From the NCBI RefSeq assembly GCF_000485595.1, contig NW_014577083.1:422151-453315 (forward strand): a stretch of DNA of 31,165 nucleotides, written 5' to 3'. The notes beneath the pieces are model-generated. The model was not told the DNA's origin, made no database searches, and saw only the letters and a program-made list of their open reading frames with translations. This document shows positions 22,439 to 31,165 of this stretch, one piece after another. This stretch comes from Priapulus caudatus (lineage: Eukaryota). Both the position numbers and the translations under genes were made by a program. Every line of letters starts with the position of its first letter. Position 1 is the first letter of the stretch.

Positions 22439-23509
22439 CATGCAGCGGCTTTAACTGTGCCTCTATTGTTCCTTGCTTTCTAAATTCGCTCACGGATTGC
22501 TTCCCCGCATGTACGCGTTAGCGTACGTACGTTCACAGTTTTCGCGTGCGTGCGCGAATCTTCATTTACCAGGATGTTGTTAGTTCGCTCGCGAATTCAT
22601 GCATAACAATTAACATCCATCTGTCAATCTACAAATTTGTTAGTGCTTTCACTGAAGTTATATCGCAAAACTGTAACTGATTGACAGACAAAAACCTCAT
22701 TGTGACACACTAGCATATTTCTTCTTATTATAGTACATACATATCTATAGATTAACTTTTTTCTTATTTCATCTAATTTTAATTATGTAAATATAATGCC
22801 CGATAATCCGTTTTAAGTCTCATGCAGTTTAAACTTATAACACCCACACGTAAACTACTGTATGTGTGATTTTTGCCTCGATTGCCATGGCAACACGAAA
22901 TGTGTCATCGCCGTTAAAAGGTTTAAATATTAGGATGGTAGGGCTTTAACTCTATTCATGTAATTAATTAATTTTCCCCATCCTTGGAAATGAGGATACC
23001 ACTATTATCTGTCGTATCATGCGGGACTTCATTTAGCTGCTGCTAAGATGAAAGGCGCCTGTCACAGGCGTTCCGCCCCACACAAAGGCAACTTCCATCC
23101 TTCAAATGAAATCATCAGCACACGTTTTATTCATTCGTTATGGCCACTATTCAGCCTAGCTTATTCAATATCAGTCTATTCTTCGAGCATGCTCACAACA
23201 AAACCTGGCTGTTCATTGTGCACGGATTCTATGGCAGGCCTGTCAGAATGTGTATGGGTATTATGCTGCTCTTCAATAACACATGCTTAAGTTGAGTTTC
23301 CACATTATACATTGCATAAAGGCTCTCAATTTTGTATTGAATGCGATATATATAAAATGTCTCTGTGCTTAGCAGAAGCCATCAGAAGCCTTTCAGACCC
23401 TATCCTGCAAGCTCCTGTCCGTTGTCTGCTGTGGGATGTGCTCGCTCTGTCCGTCTTTCGCGCTCTCTCTCGCGCCGGCTCGCTCTCTTTCCTTCTCTAT
23501 CCTTCGCAG

Positions 23510-23546
23510 ACACACACACTGAGACACAGGCACACACAGACACACA

Positions 23547-23601
<55 letters not shown>

Positions 23602-23602
23602 C

Positions 23603-23651
<49 letters not shown>
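23510..23651. repeat. (CA)n microsatellite
   Basis: Direct reading. Confidence 0.95.
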
Positions 23652-23653
<2 letters not shown>

Positions 23654-24950
23654 TCTCCTCGCGTATGGGAATGTGTCCATACCAGGCTAGGTAGACCGGC
23701 GGCGAGAAACTACAGCTATAGATTCACCAGGTGCAAGGTAAAACTCTCACGTTTCTGCTCATATATATATAGACACATAGATAGATGTAGCTGCATGTAC
23801 GTACAGTCCAGGGCTCGCATCTTTCCGTCTGTGTGGAAACAAACATGGTGCGATATTTTCGGAGCCCCACGTTCCCTCGGCGATAGGTGTGTGCCTGTGG
23901 AAATCCACTATGTGGGTGACCCTACTCGCAGTGAATAGGTGACAGGCATGTGGCAGCTAGATTACATGGAGCGTCTAATAGATGGAGAGAGGGTACGCTC
24001 CGCGGTACGTCCCTGTGTTTATGGGCTGCCTATAGTGACGTCTCGTCGTGCCAGCAGCTTGTGATGCTACTACGTGTCGTGGATGTGCAAGGCTGCCTGT
24101 CATCAGTGTTTCTATGCATGGCTCTCTTTGCCTGTGTGCGCCGTACGTCCGTCATGAGTAGAGCGTCGGAGCGCAACCAGATGATGTTGTCACGGACACA
24201 ACGTTGTCGTGTACGATGTAGAGACAAGCATCTGTCGCCATCAACGTCATTCGATTTATTGCGTGTGCGCCAGTGCATGTTGATTTGCAAACATGACATC
24301 TTGCATATGTGTGTATATGTGCCTTTTCTACGATATGGCATGCCTTATTCTCTCGTAGAGTGTATTGTTTCACGCAAATACCCGAGAATAAGATATAATA
24401 GCACGAGTTTATGAGTAACTGTCACATAAAGAGAATCAACTTTAAAAAGGTATGGCGTTAATCAACTGCTCAATATAAGCTCAATTAAGTCATTCAGCAG
24501 AGCGACATGTGTTTTGCTCGTCTCGCTACTGAATGTTATCAACTATAACGTATAATTTCTATATAGCTTGTAGATGTGATTGGTCGGATCTTGAGTGTTC
24601 ATTGATCTTTGCAACCAACTGTTTTGCTAGTGATGTGTAAAATACTATCGTTCGTTGACACAGGTTTCAACTAATTTTAGAAATGAACATATAATCAATA
24701 TTTAATGTACGGGGATATGCATGCATGCTAAGTCAACTGTCTTGCTGTTAGTACGTAATAGGCTACAATCATGCGTGTCACTGCATGATTAATACCCGTT
24801 GATCGTGTACGTGCAGTGAATATAGGTTATTCTACGGCTGCCCATGTCTATGTGTTACCATCATATTATACTCTAACCTCATTATCTCATTGCCCGATTA
24901 GAAGATTACTTACACTTTAACAAATTTCTGATTTATGCATCTCATTTCAG

Positions 24951-25047
24951 ATGGGCGCTTCTGACGGCTTAACATGCAGCTACCGAGATGCTCCTCAGAT
25001 TTCTTACATTTCACGCCCTTAGTGTGGCATTGGTATCCATCCGTAAG
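24951..25047 (+). other. Candidate host-gene exon encoding a signal-peptide-like start
   Basis: Acceptor ctcatttcAG (24950), donors C|GTAAGG (25042) or AAG|GTGAGC (25047); ATG at 24988 gives MLLRFLTFHALSVALVSI; no downstream exon confidently linked. Confidence 0.3.
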
Positions 25048-25974
25048 GTGAGCGGTGAGCTATGTACATATAGGTAATGTGTTTAATCAATAATGATGAA
25101 AAAACTGTTTTGATACAGATTTCTGATAAGTCGAGGCATATATGGCAAGCTATATTATGCCGTTAGCATACAAGAGTAAAGCCGGGAGACCATTTGTGGC
25201 AAGAGAACCTGCCGTATACTACTTTAAGTTCCATGTGTTATCGTGTATCTGTGAAAATCTTTTTATTGACGTGGGTTTTAACAGTATCTGCAAACAGTGT
25301 AGTTTTGTATGTAGTTCATAAAAACCACATTTCGATTAAAATTTGCTGCCTCTGTGAGGGTGAGAGTAACCGAATTATTCTATAGCTCACTGTTCATTCA
25401 CCTGCGATTGTCTGCACGACCATTTATTGGGAAGCTGAGGATAATCGTCTGCAATTTCACACTGTTTCCTCTATTATGTACCTGGTTCATCAGTAAACTT
25501 GGGTATTAAATTGCTCTCGAATATTTCATTAGTCTTAATTATTTCTATTTTACAATATCACCTCCTCTTTTTAGAATTCCATAGTAATCTGCACAATCAA
25601 TAATCTTGAAAATCAACTGTTCATCTAATCCGATTATACCTATAAAATTATGACGGATTGTAGAGTGGGGAAGGGCATTTTTTCCAGTCAAAGTTCCTAG
25701 ATTGCTAATCGATTTAATTTTTGATTTCCAATTATAGTTAATCAACATTTTAATTGAATTTGCCTCCATGGAAAATGAAAACGTAGTGTTAACATAAAAT
25801 TACATTGGAGTAAATGAAAACGGCTGATGAATGTAAAAACATTTGCCAGGGCACTTGGCCAAGCAAGAGTAGCGTTTTGTTAAGGATCACTTTAAACGTC
25901 ATAACAAAATAAATGCAGTGAGCACCACTCTGACCAAATGCCAAGCAGACGTTTCTGGTATAGTTGGTGGTAGA

Positions 25975-26119
25975 GGTAGTAGTAGCTGGTAGTAGAGGTT
26001 CTGTTTCTGGCTTCTTCTGACAAGAACAATAAAGGTAGTCGTAACGATAGAGGTAGTAGTAGCGGTAGTAGTAGCTGGTAGTAGAGGTTCTGTTTCTGGC
26101 TTCTCCTGACAAGAGCAAT
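25975..26119. repeat. Local duplication of ~56 bp (period ~89 bp) seeded on (GTA)n
   Basis: ggtagtagtagctggtagtagaggttctgtttctggcttct.ctgacaaga occurs at 25975 and 26064. Confidence 0.85.
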
Positions 26120-26401
26120 GAATCAGTGAAAGCGGGCACTCGTAAAATGTGATTCTATTAGGGGGCGAGAGTCACACTCATTAGTCGTGTCAGAATGGAA
26201 GAAACATTCCTTCAAATCACAACATGGAGAACAACTGATTGCAGCACAAAATGTAGGTTAAAAAGATGACCAACAGCAGCAACACATGACCAACCAAGGA
26301 ATGCTCACATTGTGAAGTAGCCGGATAACAATTAAGAAGAATTTGTATAGTAAATTAGGCAGTATGTGTGGTGTGGGAGTTGGGCTGTTAGTGACGCTCA
26401 T

Positions 26402-26561
26402 AGGGTCTATGTCCCCCAAGGTACTGCCGGAACGTACCCTGGGTACGGTCCGGTATACCGGAACGTACCCTGGTAACTATTTGATATGGTTAGGGTTAGG
26501 GCTAGGGTTACTAGTACCAGGGTACGTTCCGGCAGTACGTACCCTGGGGGACATAGACCCT
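26402..26561. mobile_element. 160-bp palindromic MITE with internal TTAGGG-type repeats
   Basis: TIRs AGGGTCTATGTCCCCCA / TGGGGGACATAGACCCT, inner inverted gtactgccggaacgtaccctgg; flanks CTCAT / CTCAG. Confidence 0.8.
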
Positions 26562-29344
26562 CTCAGCGTTCGTGACTCGTTAGTGAATGAAGTAGACAGT
26601 ATTAACTGTGGACAACGGTCCAACTTCAGTTATGCTATTACGTAGCTACAAACCATGTGCCCCATTATCTGTCCTAGGATATGGAGACACATATTATTTA
26701 TATATTCCATGTCGCATTTACCAAAAAATTTGGCTGGGGAAAAGTTGACAAGGGAATATATACTACCCCACTGTATTTTATGTTGCCCCATAAACTGGTC
26801 AGGATTGAATATCATAACATAAGCAACACCAAACCACAGCACATACGTGCAGCTTTTAAATTGACTACGTCACGAATTTTCTATGGTGTATATTTTGAAA
26901 TATTTTGTTGGAATTTATTTTACATGAAAAGTAAGTACTAACGACACTAAATGTATCGTCAAATTCTTACCTAATAAGATTGTTTCTCAACTAGTTAAAA
27001 ATCCAAAAAAACCTGGACGATTTGATATTATGATCTTGACATTAATTGCTTGCTATGGGCTATGTATGAGTCACGCGTGTATGTTTACATTAAACAATAT
27101 ATAGTAAAATAGGAAGTATAATGCAGCAATTTAACCATAAAAGGGTGAACAGAATTACTTTTTTTTACTTTTACTATTAACGGTGACGTAATCACGCACA
27201 CAGATAACGCATAATATCAGCATCAAACCGTCGCGTAGGTTTGAGGACACTGGGTTGGTAACAGACACCTTTCCTTGTAGCCAAATCTATGAAACCTGGA
27301 ACAGCTGTCCTCTTGACCTCGTACAAGATGCACAATATAAACTATATAGTGACTGAGCAGCCATTTACCTTGTAAGAACAGAGAATACATCCAGCAGGTA
27401 AGTTGCATGTGGTGGAATACATGCGTACATCCTAACCCCGGCCCGACAAACCCGATATCCAGAGATTATATAGGCCTACACAGTTCGCTTCATGTAAATT
27501 AAAGGATACCCAGACACCATAGGACATATGGTAGACTACACAGTATGTCGTTGAGTCATGCTGCAAGTATTATCCCACCTGCCTGAACGATGCCACTATG
27601 GTATATAGCTCTATAGGAGGAATTAAGGTAGTATATAATCAGAAACGTAGCGGGACCTACGAATACCGTTTCCGAAATTTTGATGAATTGAGACGGTTTG
27701 CATAAAATATAATATTCGAGTGTGATTAGCCCACGATGTTGAACTCGCAATTTAGGAGGCGCCATAACCCTGGGCTCCTGTATGGGGTTGAGGTGCCCTG
27801 GGACGTTGTCGGGAAAGACACCATTTTAAGTATGATCAGAGCATGCATTTACCCATTGCAAGAATGTCACCTAATTTTTATTAATTGGAATTGTGAGATA
27901 AAATTGGGCATGCGTCGTGTTTTCTGGTGTCTGTTGCGTGATTGAAAGTACCATAGATTCCCACCGTCTCAGTGCCAGTCACCACGACAGAGCCAGAACA
28001 GCTTCCCCTAGTCATGCAGACTCTATGTCATATGTCATATGTCAGTCATTATGCTAGATATGCTAGATATGCTAGATATGCAGATTATGCTAGTCATATG
28101 TCAGTTCTTTAATCAGATAGGTCGGGTGGTATTGCGTTGTATAGCCGTAGAAATGCTTGAGCGATTAAGAAGCCCCTGTGCGAATACTCTAGAAAGATCT
28201 AACCTACTACCTACTACCTAATATAAGATCAGATTATACTAAACGAGAATATTCCAACTGTACTCGTTAGCCTGTCTTGGTACGAAATCAGGAATACCTG
28301 CAATGTATTAATTATTAGGTGTCAAGAGATATCGTTCGAGCAGTGTTCTCAAGTAGATAGCCGTCACCGTTGACGTTATCACTCGTATGTAAATTTGAAG
28401 CAATAGGGAAATTGGCTAGGGAGTTAGAGTCTAATTATTTGTTGCTGATATTTTATGTGAAAAGCTTTTATCTGAATACTCATACTGAAATCTTTTCTGT
28501 TACCTGATATTTTTTAAAACACAATTGGGGAAATTATTGTGAAAGAGTAGGAAGTGGTAGGTATATCATTGCTTATTGTGACATAGCGGCCTTTATATAT
28601 AAAACAAATAAGAAGGTGATTTTTCTGCCAATCCAGTATATATGAATAGATGGTAAGATAAACTGATTATATCAGCAATATAGAAATGAGAGCTAAATTG
28701 TAATTCCTCCACATATATATAGTAGGTTTTTTAGTCGCCAAACCTTTTAAATCGGTAATATCAAGATTCCATAATAGAAAATTTGCTATTATGGACTCTT
28801 GGTAATATATATCTGTACCCTAGATTGATATTGTAATTTTCTCTTCACTGTAGTCAACCGTATTTGGTAAGTATTTTGGTATTTGGTATTCAATATATTC
28901 CGTATAATATTATAATAATTCAATATATTCCGTATATATTCAATATAATTCCGTATTTGGTAGTCAACCGTACATCAACTTCGCCACCGTATTTACTTGT
29001 GAATCTTATTGGATGTGTATGTATATATAATACGTAACGTATATAATTATTCATTAACTCAGAGCATACGTTCCGCCCAGAGCAGTCAACAGTGGATGGC
29101 CCGTCAGTATCATGGATAATTCACAACTTGATGCATTTAGAGCATGAAACCATTTTGGTACCCGGTTACTTAGAAATGCGATAGACAATATAAATCATGT
29201 CCTGTTTCGCCATCTTGCATGTTTAGCCTACATTATGTTACTTAACTTCGAGAATGTTTATCAGGGGCGGATAGGAGCAGTATTGTAATCTAGTAGGCGG
29301 CTTTGGTTAGCCACTTAGTTCATTAATATAGCTATTATTCAGCA

Positions 29345-29419
29345 TCACACACGCACGGACACGCGCATACCCACGCGCGCGCGCACACAAGCACACACCA
29401 CACGCACGCGCACGCGCAC

Positions 29420-29470
<51 letters not shown>

Positions 29471-29489
29471 ATATATATATATATATATA
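29345..29489. repeat. (CA)n/(CG)-mixed then (TA)n microsatellite
   Basis: Direct reading; another (TA)n tract at ~29697-29765. Confidence 0.9.
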
Positions 29490-29664
29490 AACAAAGTCAA
29501 GGTATAGAAATAAGGGTGTTTATAAAGCTAAATTTGACAAGCTTCGAGTTTATACATCTCTCTATCAGGCAGCAGAGCATTGGAATGCTAGATGCATGTA
29601 ATCTCGGAAAGCTTGTCAATTAACACTTTAAACACCCTTATGTCTATACCTTGACTTTGTTTTA
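29487..29664. mobile_element. ~180-bp foldback/MITE beside a TA tract
   Basis: ataaacaaagtcaaggtataga.ataagggtgttta ... taaacacccttat.tctataccttgactttgtttat, with inner ttgacaagctt / aagcttgtcaa. Confidence 0.75.
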
Positions 29665-31165
29665 TCTACACGAGGTGTTGCGTGTGTGACTTTACTTATA
29701 TATATATATATTTATATATATATATATAATATTATATATATATATTATATATATATATCATATATGATTTTATCTCTTACCCAGAAGTGATCTATAAAAC
29801 AAGTCTCTATAGTTATAACACATAACCATATGAGAATCAAATTAATTGCATGTTGGCATCTTACGTAAAATGAAGGAAGTGTTAGACACCGCTACCGAGC
29901 TAACGCAAGTAATCAGAGGCATCCGCATCATAAATAACAACAACAAATTCGACGCAGTTGGAGAAAATGGACTCACGCGATTTCCGGAATTCCTGTATTA
30001 GCGAGCCTGAAGCTAATCAGGCCAAGCTATTTATAATCAAAAGCATCCACTTGCTGTGAGCCAGCAGTGCTGCGGAAATGGATAATTGTAGGTATTATTT
30101 GTAAGCAAGACGGTAGCTGCTAAGGCATTTCGTGGCCATTTTCGTTACTTTAATACACGACCGCGTACAACCGTCGACGTCTAGCTTAATGAAAAATATC
30201 TAAAGATTTGCAATTCAGTGACCCTGACAAACTTCAATTTAATATAATATAATGGCGGATTAAAATAATCATATACTAGTTATTATATTATATGACATTT
30301 GCCGTGGTGCGTGCGTGCACAAATTCAATCCCTACGCTATGCATTATATTTATTTTTATTTTGCACCAACCTCAGAAATTGTGAAAACATTTCATTTTTT
30401 CTAGCGAATCGTTTCCTGGCGTCATTAGTAATTAAAATGATAAGCCAAAGTAAAGGCCTGATAACAAAACATTGCAACTGATATTCACAAGCAACATCAG
30501 GAACTAGCCCAACAAAGGTTAGCACAAATTGTCTACTACGCGTGAAAGGCCGTAACAGACTCAGGTACACCTAATGAACTAAAACAGCGCAGGCCGTAAA
30601 TTTCGTCACTCGAAAAATGTTTTTGGCTCTCCCCAGCTTTGCGCCACCCTCTCTCCATTTTGCGTACATCCACGCCCTCCACGCATCACATATCTACCCC
30701 TGCCCTTCCCACCTGTCCGGCATTGATAAAGTGCCATTCACTGGGAAGATTGCAGCACTTTGTCAATGGCCACAGCCTCTGAATGAGGCTGGCCCTCTGC
30801 CTGGTCACTAGTGCCAATCCAGCCACAGGATAATTGAACTTCTATCAATATATTTCGCCGAGGGATTAATAGATAGAGGCAACACATTGAAATCGTTGAG
30901 GAACCCCAGTGCAGTTAACAGCATGCAAACCGATATAAACTGTATTTAGATTAGAGAAGATTTCTGTGTTTCTCCTGCAGCAGAGAACGCCGTCGCCGCC
31001 AGTTAGCTCTCGATCGTACCGTCGAGAACATTTCCTATATACAACGCCATTAACAATTGCTCCTGTGTGCCTGTCTAGGTCACGGCTTGCAGATATAATC
31101 TATATGTATATATATATATATTTGTTTATATATATATAATATAATAATATGTTTATATAATAATA

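Noticed and set aside
25545..25769. 74-aa AT-rich minus-strand ORF
   Set aside because: No recognisable motif or splice context.
27736..28830. Possible decayed LINE fragments (LLYGVEV on +; FLLWNL..GL..K endonuclease-like start on -)
   Set aside because: Only short motif resemblances amid many stops; cannot be supported without a profile search.

Overview
Repeat-dense animal (invertebrate-like) genomic DNA, mostly made of two minus-strand LTR elements about 280 bp apart. (1) 1919-9070: an LTR element with no recognisable gag or pol. It has paired LTRs, a 4-bp CCAT TSD, a tRNA-His-type PBS and a PPT. In the position normally held by gag it carries an intact, intronless 120-aa ORF encoding an HP1-family chromo-shadow domain without a chromodomain. 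Its U5 also contains an unusually long sequence complementary to the 5' half of tRNA-His. (2) 9349-21485: a 12.1-kb decayed Ty3/Gypsy element (gag, PR-RT-RH-IN) with a baculovirus-F/errantivirus-type env. Its env signal peptide can be rebuilt from an 8-nt leader mini-exon, and it has an extra ORF after env. It sits inside a ~320-bp TIR element with a 5-bp TSD. The window also holds a related solo LTR (21932-22438), several MITEs, a Helentron-type non-autonomous element and microsatellites. No host gene can be called with confidence. A 10-N assembly gap (6511-6520) lies inside element 1. All alignments were made by eye.
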